NCBI GenBank assembly: GCA_014378465.1
Contig: JACMNQ010000075.1
Span: 64,352 to 128,351 of the forward strand
Origin: Oligoflexia bacterium
GTDB taxonomy: Bacteria; Bdellovibrionota; UBA1018
Length of the DNA stretch: 64,000 nucleotides
Direction: 5' to 3'
In this document: piece after piece, positions 29,220-40,737 of the stretch
Position numbering within the stretch: the stretch's first letter is position 1
How the letters are laid out: every line of letters begins with the position of its first letter
Program-made: the position numbers and the translations under genes
Notes under the pieces: generated by a model
Database searches by the model: none
What the model was told of the DNA's origin: nothing
What the model saw: the letters and a program-made list of their open reading frames with translations, nothing else

Positions 29220-29890
29220 CTGCATTCATGACTCGTGCCCCAGGTCTCCTCGCTCCGTCCATTCTTTCCGCCGACTTTGCACGTTTGGGCGACGAAATCA
29301 AAGCCGTCGAAGCTGCCGGTGTCGAGTGGCTGCATGTGGACGTCATGGATGGAAACTTCGTTCCGAACCTCACGATCGGACCTCTGGTCGTCGAAGCGAT
29401 TCGCCCGCTGACCAGGCTCGTGGTCGATTGCCACCTGATGGTATCGCATCCTGAGTTCTGGATCGAACCTTTTGCCAAGGCGGGGGCTGATTGCATCACC
29501 ATCCACGCTGAAGCGACTTCACACCTCAGTCGACACCTGGCTCAGATCCGTGAGCTCGGCTGCAAAGCGGGGGTTTCGATCAACCCGGGAACTTCTATTT
29601 CCGTGATTGAGGAAGTTCTCGATCAGGTCGATCTAGTGCTCGTGATGAGCGTGAATCCCGGTTTCGGCGGGCAGGCATTCATGCCGAGCGCGCTCAAAAA
29701 AATTGAAAGACTCGCGCAGATGCGGGGTTCCCGCAAATACCTCATCGAAGTTGATGGAGGGGTGAAAGCCGACAACATCGCCGCCGTGAGAAAAGCCGGC
29801 GCCGATGTGTTCGTGGCGGGTTCCGCGATTTTCGCCGCCAAAGATCGCGCCGCCGCAGTGAAACAGCTCAGATCAGCAATGGAGTCCTAA
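29216..29890 (+). CDS. rpe: Ribulose-phosphate 3-epimerase
   Basis: Motifs APSILSADF, HVDVMDG.FVPN.T.G, DCHLM, MSVNPGFGGQ, EVDGG. Confidence 0.97.
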   Translation: MTAFMTRAPGLLAPSILSADFARLGDEIKAVEAAGVEWLHVDVMDGNFVPNLTIGPLVVEAIRPLTRLVVDCHLMVSHPEFWIEPFAKAGADCITIHAEATSHLSRHLAQIRELGCKAGVSINPGTSISVIEEVLDQVDLVLVMSVNPGFGGQAFMPSALKKIERLAQMRGSRKYLIEVDGGVKADNIAAVRKAGADVFVAGSAIFAAKDRAAAVKQLRSAMES

Positions 29891-29893
29891 GTC

Positions 29894-31420
29894 ATGGAAG
29901 TTCTCAAACTCGGCCTCAAGCCCATCACACCTCAGGATATTCACGACGTCGCGGTGCTCGGTCGCAAAGTGGAGCTTTCCCCCACGGCCATTCGCAAGAT
30001 CAAAAAAGCCCATCAGTACCTCCAGTCTGAAATCAAAAAGGGCAAGACGATGTACGGAGTCAATACGGGCTTCGGACTTCTGTCCAACGTACGCATTGCC
30101 GCCCATGACATCGAAAATCTGCAGTACAATCTCCTGCGTTCGCATTCGGTGGGGATTGGCAACTACTTGCCCGACCATCAATCTCGCGCCATGGTGCTTC
30201 TGCGCGGCGCGAATCTCTCGCTCGGACATTCAGGTGTCAGCCTTGAGCTCGTTCAACACATTCTGAAGGTTCTCAATCGCGGCGTCTGCCCCATGATCCC
30301 GGAGCAGGGATCCGTTGGCGCAAGCGGGGATCTTGCACCTCTCTCGCATCTCGCCCTCGTTCTGATTGGCGAAGGAAAAGCGCGCTATAAAGGCCGTGAA
30401 ATGTCCGGAGCCAAAGCCCTCGCGGCCGCTGGCCTGAAACCGATTCGCCTGGGAGCCAAAGAAGGCCTGGCTCTCATCAACGGCACGCAGTTCATGACGG
30501 CCATCGGTGCACTCGCCTTGATTGAAGCTGAACACCTCTGCGACGTCGCTGATCTCGCTGGCGCCATGTCGATGGAAGCTTTGCGCGGCACGACTGCTGC
30601 ATTTGAACCCGAAATTCAGCGAGTGCGTCCGCATCCAGGTCAGATCGAAACTGCTCGGAGAATGAAGAAGATCATGCTCTCGGGCGGCAAAAGTGAAATC
30701 TCCGAAAGTCACGTCGGCTGCGAACGCGTGCAGGATCCTTACAGTCTGCGCTGCATCCCGCAGGTTCACGGCGCCTCACGTGATACGCTCGCTTTTGTTC
30801 GCGGAGTGATCGAGCGCGAGATCAACTCCGTCACGGACAATCCTCTGATTTTCCCGGATGAAAAAAAGATTCTGAGCGGCGGAAACTTTCATGGTCAGAT
30901 CGTCTCGATCGCCATGGATGCTCTGTCGATTGCCGTGGCTGAAATCGGCAGTATCTCCGAGCAGCGCATGGAGAAGCTGATCAATCCGGCGATTTCCGGC
31001 CTTCCGGCATTTCTCACCACCAAGGGCGGACTCAACAGCGGTTACATGATCGTGCAGGTTGCGGCAGCCAGCATCGTCTCTGAAAACAAGACGCTTTGTC
31101 ATCCGGCGAGCGTGGACTCGATCCCGACCTCGGCTGACAAGGAAGATCATGTCAGCATGGGCGCCTGGGCAGCTCGCAAAGCCTTGATGGTCGTGACCAA
31201 CACGCGCCGAGTGCTTGCGATGGAACTTCTCAGCGGCGCGCAGGGGATTGATCTCCTGAGACCTCTCAAGTCTTCCGTCATCATCGAAAAAGCGCATCGC
31301 CTGATTCGCAGGAAGGCAGCCATGATGGACACCGATCGTTCCCTTCATGAAGACATGAAGTACGTCGAAACTCTGATTGCCAAAAAAGAATTTGAAAAAA
31401 CATGTCTGGGAGGTCTCTGA
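29894..31420 (+). CDS. hutH: Histidine ammonia-lyase
   Basis: Motifs [20 protein letters not shown] (MIO), [27 protein letters not shown]. Confidence 0.97.
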   Translation: MEVLKLGLKPITPQDIHDVAVLGRKVELSPTAIRKIKKAHQYLQSEIKKGKTMYGVNTGFGLLSNVRIAAHDIENLQYNLLRSHSVGIGNYLPDHQSRAMVLLRGANLSLGHSGVSLELVQHILKVLNRGVCPMIPEQGSVGASGDLAPLSHLALVLIGEGKARYKGREMSGAKALAAAGLKPIRLGAKEGLALINGTQFMTAIGALALIEAEHLCDVADLAGAMSMEALRGTTAAFEPEIQRVRPHPGQIETARRMKKIMLSGGKSEISESHVGCERVQDPYSLRCIPQVHGASRDTLAFVRGVIEREINSVTDNPLIFPDEKKILSGGNFHGQIVSIAMDALSIAVAEIGSISEQRMEKLINPAISGLPAFLTTKGGLNSGYMIVQVAAASIVSENKTLCHPASVDSIPTSADKEDHVSMGAWAARKALMVVTNTRRVLAMELLSGAQGIDLLRPLKSSVIIEKAHRLIRRKAAMMDTDRSLHEDMKYVETLIAKKEFEKTCLGGL

Positions 31421-33177
31421 TGTCCAAATCCATTTCCGCTTCACCTGGTATTTCAAGCCCGTCCTCACCATCGGCCTTGTCGGGCACACGCGTGGTACGC
31501 GCCAGCCGTGGCACCACTCTTCAGTGCAAGGGCTGGCAGCAGGAAGCCGCACTGCGCATGCTCATGAACAATCTCGACCCCGAGGTCGCTGAGAATCCCG
31601 CTGAACTCGTCGTTTATGGCGGCAGCGGCAAAGCGGCACGAAACTGGGCCTGTTTTGATGCGATCGTGAAAGCCCTCAAGGAGCTCGAGAACAACCAGAC
31701 GCTGCTCATCCAGAGCGGCAAGCCCGTGGCCGTGTTTCCTTCTCATCCCGATGCTCCTCGCGTGCTTCTCTCCAACAGCATGCTCGTTCCGAAATGGGCG
31801 ACCTTTGAATACTTCCGCGAGCTCGAAGACAAAGGCCTCATGATGTACGGTCAGATGACGGCTGGTTCCTGGATCTACATCGGTACCCAGGGCATCGTTC
31901 AGGGTACTTATGAAACTTTCGCCGAAGCCGGACGTCAGCATTTCAAAGGGGATCTCGCAGGGCGCGTGATTCTGACGGCGGGACTGGGAGGAATGGGAGG
32001 AGCCCAGCCTCTGGCCGCATCCATGGCGGGAGCTGTATCACTCAACATCGAGGTGGATCCTGAGCGTGCAAAGAAACGCATTGAGACTCGTTACCTGGAT
32101 GTTCTTACTTTTGATCTCGACGATGCCCTCACACAGGTCGCTGCCGCAAAGAAGGCAAAAAAGGCGGTCAGCATCGGGCTTGTAGGCAATGCGGCCGAAG
32201 TTCTCTGGGAACTCCTGGACCGTGGCTTCAATCCGGACCTCGTGACGGATCAGACCAGTGCCCATGATGAACTCAACGGGTATGTTCCTCACGGGATGCC
32301 GCTCGAAGCAGCCTACGCCCTTCGTAAATCGGATCCAAAAACATACAGCGCTAAATCGGTAGCCAGCATGGGCAGGCATGTCGAAGCGATGCTCGAGTTC
32401 CAGAAGCGCGGCTCACATGTTTTTGACTATGGAAACAACATCCGCGCTCAGGCCGTCAAAGCGGGAGTCTCGAACGCTTTCGACTTTCCGGGTTTCGTGC
32501 CGGCTTACATTCGTCCGCAGTTTTGCGCAGGACGTGGTCCTTTTCGCTGGGTGGCGCTCTCGGGCGATCCCGCTGACATCAAGGTCACGGATCAGGCGCT
32601 TGCCGAGCTTTTTCCTGATGACAAAAGCCTGATTCACTGGCTTGGCATGGCTGAAGAGCGCATTCAGTTTCAGGGACTGCCTGCGCGAATCTGCTGGCTG
32701 GGCTACGGCCAGCGTGAGAAAGCTGGACTTCTTTTCAACAAGCTCGTTCGCGAAGGCAAAGTGAAAGCTCCGATCGTCATTGGGAGAGATCACCTGGACT
32801 GCGGATCGGTCGCTTCTCCGAACCGTGAAACAGAAGCGATGATGGACGGTTCAGATGCCGTGGCCGATTGGCCGGTTCTGAACGCCATGATCAACTCGGT
32901 CAATGGCGCGACCTGGGTCAGCCTGCACCATGGCGGTGGGGTCGGAATCGGCTACTCCATTCATTCAGGCATGGTCATCGTCGCGGACGGAACGAAGGAT
33001 GCTGACGCCAGACTGTCACGCGTTTTGAATTCTGACCCCGGCATGGGCGTCGCGCGCCACGCGGATGCGGGTTATCCAATCGCGATCCAGATCGCGGGCG
33101 AAGAATTCAAAGAGCGAGGCGGGTCCATCCCCATGCTTCAGTCGCTCGGCAACACGTCGCACGGAAATACGAAGTAA
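31420..33177 (+). CDS. hutU: Urocanate hydratase
   Basis: Motifs [61 protein letters not shown]. Confidence 0.97.
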   Translation: MSKSISASPGISSPSSPSALSGTRVVRASRGTTLQCKGWQQEAALRMLMNNLDPEVAENPAELVVYGGSGKAARNWACFDAIVKALKELENNQTLLIQSGKPVAVFPSHPDAPRVLLSNSMLVPKWATFEYFRELEDKGLMMYGQMTAGSWIYIGTQGIVQGTYETFAEAGRQHFKGDLAGRVILTAGLGGMGGAQPLAASMAGAVSLNIEVDPERAKKRIETRYLDVLTFDLDDALTQVAAAKKAKKAVSIGLVGNAAEVLWELLDRGFNPDLVTDQTSAHDELNGYVPHGMPLEAAYALRKSDPKTYSAKSVASMGRHVEAMLEFQKRGSHVFDYGNNIRAQAVKAGVSNAFDFPGFVPAYIRPQFCAGRGPFRWVALSGDPADIKVTDQALAELFPDDKSLIHWLGMAEERIQFQGLPARICWLGYGQREKAGLLFNKLVREGKVKAPIVIGRDHLDCGSVASPNRETEAMMDGSDAVADWPVLNAMINSVNGATWVSLHHGGGVGIGYSIHSGMVIVADGTKDADARLSRVLNSDPGMGVARHADAGYPIAIQIAGEEFKERGGSIPMLQSLGNTSHGNTK

Positions 33178-33180
33178 CTC

Positions 33181-34428
33181 ATGCTGAAGCAGTACCGTGC
33201 GGTCATCCATGCAAGCGAACTCCTGACGGGTGAGGGGATCCGTGCCAAAAGCGGCCGCCATGTGGTCGAAGCCGACTTGGGCCGTATTTCAGATGGCGCG
33301 ATCGTTTACAGTGTCCGCATGAGTGATGGCATCGAAGTCCCCGATCAAGTGGTCTGGGTCGGCGCAACCGGTGCTCTGCCAGCCGAGTACCGGTCCATCC
33401 CCACTCGTGATCTCGAAGGCAAGCGAGCCGTGATTCCGGGCCTGATCGATTGCCACACCCATCTCGTCTTTGCCGGAAATCGAGCCGATGAATTTGCCCT
33501 TCGCTGCGGTGGCGCCACTTACGAGGAGATCGCTTTGATGGGCGGCGGAATCAACTCGAGTGTTCGCGCGACACGTGCCGCCTCAATCGAGGAACTTGAA
33601 GCTTTGGCGTGTGAACGCCTGCGCGAAGCGTGGTCTTTTGGGGTGAGAGCTCTCGAAATCAAGAGTGGCTATGGACTGTCTCTCGAAGCGGAACTCAAAG
33701 TGCTCGAAGTGATTCCTCGCTTGCGCAAAAAGTTTCCGCAGATGACCTTGACCGCGACTTTTCTGGGGGCACATGCTTTCCCACCGGATCAAAGTCGCGA
33801 GGACTACCTCCAGGACATCATTGAACGGATGTTGCCAGAAGTAGCGCGAAGAGGGCTGGCTGACACCTGTGACGTGTTCATCGATGCAGGGTACTATACC
33901 GTCGAAGAAGGGCGAAAAATTCTGACTGCTGCAAAGGCTCTCGGGCTCAAAACCAAAGTCCATGCGGATGAACTCGCCAACACGGAGTCATCGACGCTCG
34001 CGGCCGAGCTTGGCTGTCTTTCCGCTGATCACCTTTTGAAGATTTCAGATGCTGGCATTGCTGCGCTTGCGAAGTCCGAGACTGTGGCGGTCTGTCTCCC
34101 GGCGACGGCGTTCTATCTGAAAGCCCCGCACGCTCCAGCCCGTAAACTGCTCGATGCGGGTGCTCGGGTGGCTCTTTCGACGGATTTCAATCCAGGCACG
34201 AGCATGACTCTCAACCTGCCGCTCGTGCTGACGATGGGGGCGCTTTATCTCGGCATGAGCCGCGCCGAACTTCTCGCGTCGGTGACGTACACGGCCGCTC
34301 GGGCCTTGGGGCTCGAAGCTCGCAAGGGCAGTCTCGTTGCGGGCATGGACGCCGACTTCACCGTGCTTCCTTTTTCCACTTTCGAAGAAACGTATTACCG
34401 CTTTGGATGGGCACCCCCACATGACTGA
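33181..34428 (+). CDS. hutI: Imidazolonepropionase
   Basis: Motifs PGLIDCHTHLVF.G.RA.EF, EIKSGYGL, FLGAH, HADEL, SADHL, TDFNPG. Confidence 0.93.
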   Translation: MLKQYRAVIHASELLTGEGIRAKSGRHVVEADLGRISDGAIVYSVRMSDGIEVPDQVVWVGATGALPAEYRSIPTRDLEGKRAVIPGLIDCHTHLVFAGNRADEFALRCGGATYEEIALMGGGINSSVRATRAASIEELEALACERLREAWSFGVRALEIKSGYGLSLEAELKVLEVIPRLRKKFPQMTLTATFLGAHAFPPDQSREDYLQDIIERMLPEVARRGLADTCDVFIDAGYYTVEEGRKILTAAKALGLKTKVHADELANTESSTLAAELGCLSADHLLKISDAGIAALAKSETVAVCLPATAFYLKAPHAPARKLLDAGARVALSTDFNPGTSMTLNLPLVLTMGALYLGMSRAELLASVTYTAARALGLEARKGSLVAGMDADFTVLPFSTFEETYYRFGWAPPHD

Positions 34429-34843
34429 AATTCTCACGGGCCTGATCGAACCTCGGCAGCTGGAAGCTTTCTCCTGGTTTGAAAAACACCTTGAAGATGT
34501 TCAGTTCGATCTGGATTCCGTAGAAATCGCTCTGATCGCGAGAGAGATTCCCAAGGTCAGTATCGTGGTTTATCTCGGGACCTGGTGCGGCGACACTCAT
34601 GAGCAGGTCCCGCCATTCTTGAAATTGCTTGAACTTCTGCCTGAAGCACCTCTGGAGCTCAGGCTCTTTGCACTCGATCGCGCCAAAACCTATCCTGGTT
34701 TCACCAACACTCAGCACGTCGATAAAATTCCGACCTTCATCTTTCTGAAGGGTGGCTTTGAAGTGGGACGCATCGTGGAGTCTCCGATGCAGACTTGGGT
34801 TCATGATCTCCATGATATATTTTCAGAAAAACATTCGCATTAA
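34421..34843 (+). CDS. Thioredoxin-family protein (WCGDT, single Cys)
   Basis: Motifs LGTWCGDT..QVP, IPTFIF, EVGRIVESP; overlaps the end of hutI. Confidence 0.75.
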   Translation: MTEILTGLIEPRQLEAFSWFEKHLEDVQFDLDSVEIALIAREIPKVSIVVYLGTWCGDTHEQVPPFLKLLELLPEAPLELRLFALDRAKTYPGFTNTQHVDKIPTFIFLKGGFEVGRIVESPMQTWVHDLHDIFSEKHSH

Positions 34844-35112
34844 TTGAAAGTTTTGAGGCAAGCGTGGATAAGCATGAAGAATCCACTCAGCTTCAAGATT
34901 GAGGTCTCCGTCGCGTCCCTGAGGTGGGTGACGGCTTTTCTGCTGCAGCCTCCCGGTGCTGGTTCCGCGCATGCCGCTACACACGGGGTCGGCCTCGTCT
35001 GGAGAGGGGTCGGAGCCTGCAATGACGGCTGTGGGCAAGCCGCTGGTAAAATGGATCGGATGCGGCTTATGCCGTTGAGATGATCCTCCGGGCGTCCAGA
35101 CTGAAATAGCTC

Positions 35113-35814
35113 TTACTTGTAGTCGGAGGCGATCAATTCATCGACGGGACGATAAGGAATCCAGCGGTGAAAGCCGTAGTAGAAGACGACCGCGAGAAGG
35201 AGCCCTGAAATCACGTCGACCAGGTAGTGCTGTTTCGTCGTGAGCGTGGATAGCGCGATCAAAGTCGCCCAGATGAAAAAAAACGGGAATTTTTTTCGCT
35301 GATCATCCAGAAAGATGAAGCTCGAGAGGTATACACTGCTGACGTGCAGGCTCGGGCAGCAGCTCGCTGGAGTGTCGGTCTCTCTCAGGGCCGTGAATGC
35401 CATGAAAGAGAGATGGTCCATCGTCGCTGGAAGAGGAAACAATTCGCGTGGGTAAATGGTCGGCCAGATCCAGAAAATGCTGACACTGAAGACCTGAAGC
35501 AGGAGAAATGAATAGAGGTACTTGTTCGCATTCACCAGATCCTTGCAGGTGATGTAGACCGCGCCGAAAAAGATGTACTCACTCGTATAGATCCAGACCG
35601 TCTGGGGGATGAAGGGTACTGCCTGATCCACCCAGGTCATGGGCAGCATCTGGGGTGGAAAGAAGTGAAAATGATTGGCCGTCAGATACAGGATCGTGGC
35701 GATGGTGAACATCGCGAGTCCGGAGACGTACTTGTTTTCCTGAGTCAGGAAAAGCGGAAGGGCGGTCAGGCGCCTGAAGGATTTCAAAGTGAGGGTATTC
35801 TCTGAAAGGCTCAT
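35113..35814 (-). CDS. PAP2-family membrane phosphatase/phosphotransferase (IPC-synthase-like)
   Basis: Motifs PSLHV and STLTTKQHY.VDV..G; multiple TM helices. Confidence 0.8.
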   Translation of the reverse strand: MSLSENTLTLKSFRRLTALPLFLTQENKYVSGLAMFTIATILYLTANHFHFFPPQMLPMTWVDQAVPFIPQTVWIYTSEYIFFGAVYITCKDLVNANKYLYSFLLLQVFSVSIFWIWPTIYPRELFPLPATMDHLSFMAFTALRETDTPASCCPSLHVSSVYLSSFIFLDDQRKKFPFFFIWATLIALSTLTTKQHYLVDVISGLLLAVVFYYGFHRWIPYRPVDELIASDYK

Positions 35815-36422
35815 TTGGCGTCAGCCAGCCAGTCTTCAATCTGTTTGCGTGAGTCTGCGCTGTTCCAATCTTTTTCTCCACTTTCAATGAAGAGAATCTT
35901 CCGGTCATGATTCATGACCACGGTGAGCGGGATCGCATGGACGTCAAAGATGTCAGCCGTTTTGTTGTCAGGATCCTTGTAGATGGGAAAAGTCATGCCG
36001 AATTTTCTGACGGCATTGGGAACGACGGCTTCAGGATTGTCGTCGACATCGATGGAGACGACATCGAAGCCACGGCTGGCGTAGGTATTTCTCAGGGCGA
36101 CGATTGAAGGCATTTCCTGGACGCAGGCTTCGCACCAGGTTGCCCAGAAGTTGATCAGTGAGATTTTTGATTTCAACTGCGACGCCTGAATGGGTGGACC
36201 CTGCAGGGGAGTCAGTTTGAAATCGGGAAGAGTGACGCCAACCGCCAGTTGACCGGTTCCGGGTGGGCGGGACGGCGCAGGAAGCTGACTTTTCAGGAGG
36301 GTCAAGCCGCCGATCACGAGCAGCAGGATGATGGCAATCGGCAGGAGAACTTTGAAGAGTGTGGACCGCACTTTTCCGTCGCTTTGCTCAGGTGGTGAAT
36401 TCTGTGCTGACATAGTGATCAA
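35811..36422 (-). CDS. TlpA/ResA-family thiol-disulfide oxidoreductase
   Basis: N-terminal TM anchor; INFWATWCEACVQEMP; cis-Pro motif AIP. Confidence 0.9.
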   Translation of the reverse strand: MITMSAQNSPPEQSDGKVRSTLFKVLLPIAIILLLVIGGLTLLKSQLPAPSRPPGTGQLAVGVTLPDFKLTPLQGPPIQASQLKSKISLINFWATWCEACVQEMPSIVALRNTYASRGFDVVSIDVDDNPEAVVPNAVRKFGMTFPIYKDPDNKTADIFDVHAIPLTVVMNHDRKILFIESGEKDWNSADSRKQIEDWLADAK

Positions 36423-36442
36423 TGATACCCTAGAATAAAGAG

Positions 36443-36640
36443 ATGAAACACTTTCTTCATGACGAAAGTGGTCAGGCCGTTGTCGAGTACGTTCTCATTC
36501 TGGCAGTGGTCGTGTCCATCGTCAGTATAATGGCGAGTTCCTTCCGAAAGGTGCTCTTCAAATTCTGGGCACTCCTGAGCAAGGACATCACTGCGGGCTG
36601 CCCGGGTTGCGCCGCCGATCCGAATATTCGCGCTCGTTGA
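36443..36640 (+). CDS. Flp/type IVb pilin-like protein
   Basis: MKHFLHDESG|QAVVEY followed by a hydrophobic helix (G|xxxxEY prepilin motif); C-terminal CPGC. Confidence 0.75.
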   Translation: MKHFLHDESGQAVVEYVLILAVVVSIVSIMASSFRKVLFKFWALLSKDITAGCPGCAADPNIRAR

Positions 36641-37049
36641 GACATGCTGGCTTGACGATGATTCTCCTTCACTGAGGGCCCTTCCACCATGGGTACGTGA
36701 GTGAACTCACAGCGAGGAAGCCTTGAAAATCCCGCTGCCGGCCGCTCGCTGCCGGTGGATGCCCATCTGGTGAATCTGCATCAATCGATTCGAAATTGCC
36801 GGGATTGAATCGCCCTTTCATTCTTTGGGTCAAAATGAGTCAGCTCAGGTTCACAAGCGCTGCATGACTCCGACCCTGCGCGTACAGACTGTACGCTCTC
36901 CCTCGAAAAAGTGTATCCGCTGGGAACCGATCTGACTTCATCACACTTTCGTTTCCTCAAACGGTCTCTCGAACCAGCTGCAGAAAATTTCGCGGGGATG
37001 CGAGCTTTTTGACTCTTTGAGGCCCCAAGCTCTTCCCTGGCTACACGGT

Positions 37050-37090
37050 TTTCCCACCTCAGCGAACAGAGTGTTCGCTGAGGTGGGAAA
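37050..37090. repeat. Perfect 19-bp inverted repeat (hairpin or terminator)
   Basis: TTTCCCACCTCAGCGAACA-gag-TGTTCGCTGAGGTGGGAAA. Confidence 0.8.
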
Positions 37091-37157
37091 GACACTTTTC
37101 TCAGAGGGACTGACTTCCCCCGTTCGTGTAGACGATTTACCTCGCATGCGGAGGCAC

Positions 37158-37865
37158 TCAAGTGATCTTGCGATAGATCAAAAACAGCTCATCACCCACG
37201 ACTCGGCACTGGGAGAGTTTCAGATTCACAAGATCAGGAGGGTTGAAACCCTTGCCATCCACGAGAGTGGGCGCATCTGCCCCTCCCAGAATGCGCGGAG
37301 TGAGCGTGACATGGTACTCGTCGATCAGGTTCTCACTCACAAAATCCCACATGACTCCACCGCCGCCTTCGACCAGAAGCCTGCGGATACCGCACTCCTG
37401 CAAATGTTCCAGACACTGTGCAGTCGTTGACTTGCCCTTGAGCGGATTCAGGATGACGACTTCTGAAGTCTTCTGAAGCGCTTTCACTTTGGCTGCTGGA
37501 GCCTTTGGGCTGACAAAGAAGGTCCGGCGAAGACCGGGGTCCTTGAAAAAATCCCAGGACGGTGAGATGCCTTCGAGCTTTGAGCTCAGGATCACATTCA
37601 TGGGCTGCTTCGGAGTGGCCACACCGCGGACTTTGCAGAACTGCTTGAATGTTCGAAGAGTGGATGCGCCCATGAAGATCGCGTCGGCTTCGCGACGCAG
37701 GACCTGCATCTGTTCATGGTCGGCTTTGGTTCCCAGGAGAAAAAATGAACGATCGGCGGGGCCAATCTTGCCGTCCAAAGTTGTGGCGAGATTGGAGAAG
37801 ATGAAGAGAGGCTGAGGCTGGGTAACCGTTTTTTTGGCAGTTGGCTTCACGGATCTCTTGATCAC
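37158..37865 (-). CDS. RibD C-terminal/DHFR-family reductase
   Basis: Motifs A.TLDGKI, LR..ADAI.MGA.T, LLVEGGG, LIDEY...L.P.ILGG..APTL..G.G. Confidence 0.85.
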   Translation of the reverse strand: MIKRSVKPTAKKTVTQPQPLFIFSNLATTLDGKIGPADRSFFLLGTKADHEQMQVLRREADAIFMGASTLRTFKQFCKVRGVATPKQPMNVILSSKLEGISPSWDFFKDPGLRRTFFVSPKAPAAKVKALQKTSEVVILNPLKGKSTTAQCLEHLQECGIRRLLVEGGGGVMWDFVSENLIDEYHVTLTPRILGGADAPTLVDGKGFNPPDLVNLKLSQCRVVGDELFLIYRKIT

Positions 37866-38548
37866 GCTGGGTCAGACTTTCCCGATACCGGAGTTGCGGA
37901 CGCAGCCGGCGCCGAAGCGGCAGGTGCGGCTGGGGCTGCCGCGCTTTTCGGCGCGATGTAGTTCATTCCGACCAGGAAGATCTCTTTGCTTTCCTTGCGA
38001 GTGCTCTCGGGACGAAGGATGTGGATGATCTTGAATTTCGGTTTCATGAGTGCGCGAAAACGTTCGAACTCTTCACTGTGAAAGAGTTTGCAGATGAAGT
38101 GACCGTTGTGTTTCAGAAACTTTTCAGCAGTCTCCAGCGCGAGCTCGCAGAGTTCCACCGAGCGCATCTGGTCAGTCAGTTTGATCCCAGTCGTTTTTGG
38201 CGCCATGTCTGACATGACGATGTCAAAGGGGGGGGCGATTCCGTGCTTTTCCATGACCCGGGCCAGATCGAGTTGCCTCATGTCGGCCATGATGAAGAGT
38301 GCATTGGGGAGCGTGATCTTGATGGGTTGAAGGTCAATGCCGAGGACCCGTCCGGTCTTTCCCACCTGTTTGGAGGAATACTGTGCCCAGGAGCCTGGGG
38401 CTGCACCGAGGTCGAGGATCTTCATGCCGGGGCGAATGAGTTTGAACCGTTGGTCCATTTCCTCAAGTTTGAAGATGGAGCGAGCCGCATAGTTTTCGGC
38501 TTTCGCTTTCTTGAAAAAGTAATCCCTCTGGTTATAGGCCATGGTCAC
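37862..38548 (-). CDS. rlmE: 23S rRNA Um2552 methyltransferase
   Basis: Motifs Y.ARS.FKL.E, DLGAAPGSW.Q, SDMAP.T.G, KLF, P.STR.ES.E. Confidence 0.93.
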   Translation of the reverse strand: MTMAYNQRDYFFKKAKAENYAARSIFKLEEMDQRFKLIRPGMKILDLGAAPGSWAQYSSKQVGKTGRVLGIDLQPIKITLPNALFIMADMRQLDLARVMEKHGIAPPFDIVMSDMAPKTTGIKLTDQMRSVELCELALETAEKFLKHNGHFICKLFHSEEFERFRALMKPKFKIIHILRPESTRKESKEIFLVGMNYIAPKSAAAPAAPAASAPAASATPVSGKSDPA

Positions 38549-38958
38549 TCACCCCGGTAGATCGAGGTGTTATTGTCCGTTTCATGGAGCTTCACTTCGA
38601 AAAGCTGGCCCTTCGCGAGGTGCGGCTCCAGAAGCTTCCAGATCACGACGATCATGTTCTCGGCAGTCGGATTGACCGTCTTGAAGACTTCCACGTCCAG
38701 ATTGAGGTGCTTGTGGTCCATGATGTCCGCGACGTGGGTATCCATGATCTTGCGTAGATCCGTGATATTCATCACCATGCCCGTTTTAGGATCAATCTCG
38801 CCCTTGATCGTGACTTCGAGGGTGTAGTTGTGACCGTGACCATTCTCATTGTTGCATTTGCCGAAGATCCGTTTGTTCTCCTCCACTGAGAGCTGGGAGG
38901 AGTTCAAGCGATGAGAGGCACAAAAAGTGATCTTTCGGGTCAGGTATACGGTTGCCAT
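38545..38958 (-). CDS. 6-pyruvoyl tetrahydropterin synthase family protein (animal-like PTPS-II signature)
   Basis: Motifs ASHRL, FGKCNNENGHGHNY, GMVMN, DHK.LN, T.EN, ETDNN...Y.GE. Confidence 0.88.
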   Translation of the reverse strand: MATVYLTRKITFCASHRLNSSQLSVEENKRIFGKCNNENGHGHNYTLEVTIKGEIDPKTGMVMNITDLRKIMDTHVADIMDHKHLNLDVEVFKTVNPTAENMIVVIWKLLEPHLAKGQLFEVKLHETDNNTSIYRGE

Positions 38959-38987
38959 ACCTCTTCTTCGCACATCTTGCGCCAAGC

Positions 38988-40737
<1,750 letters not shown>

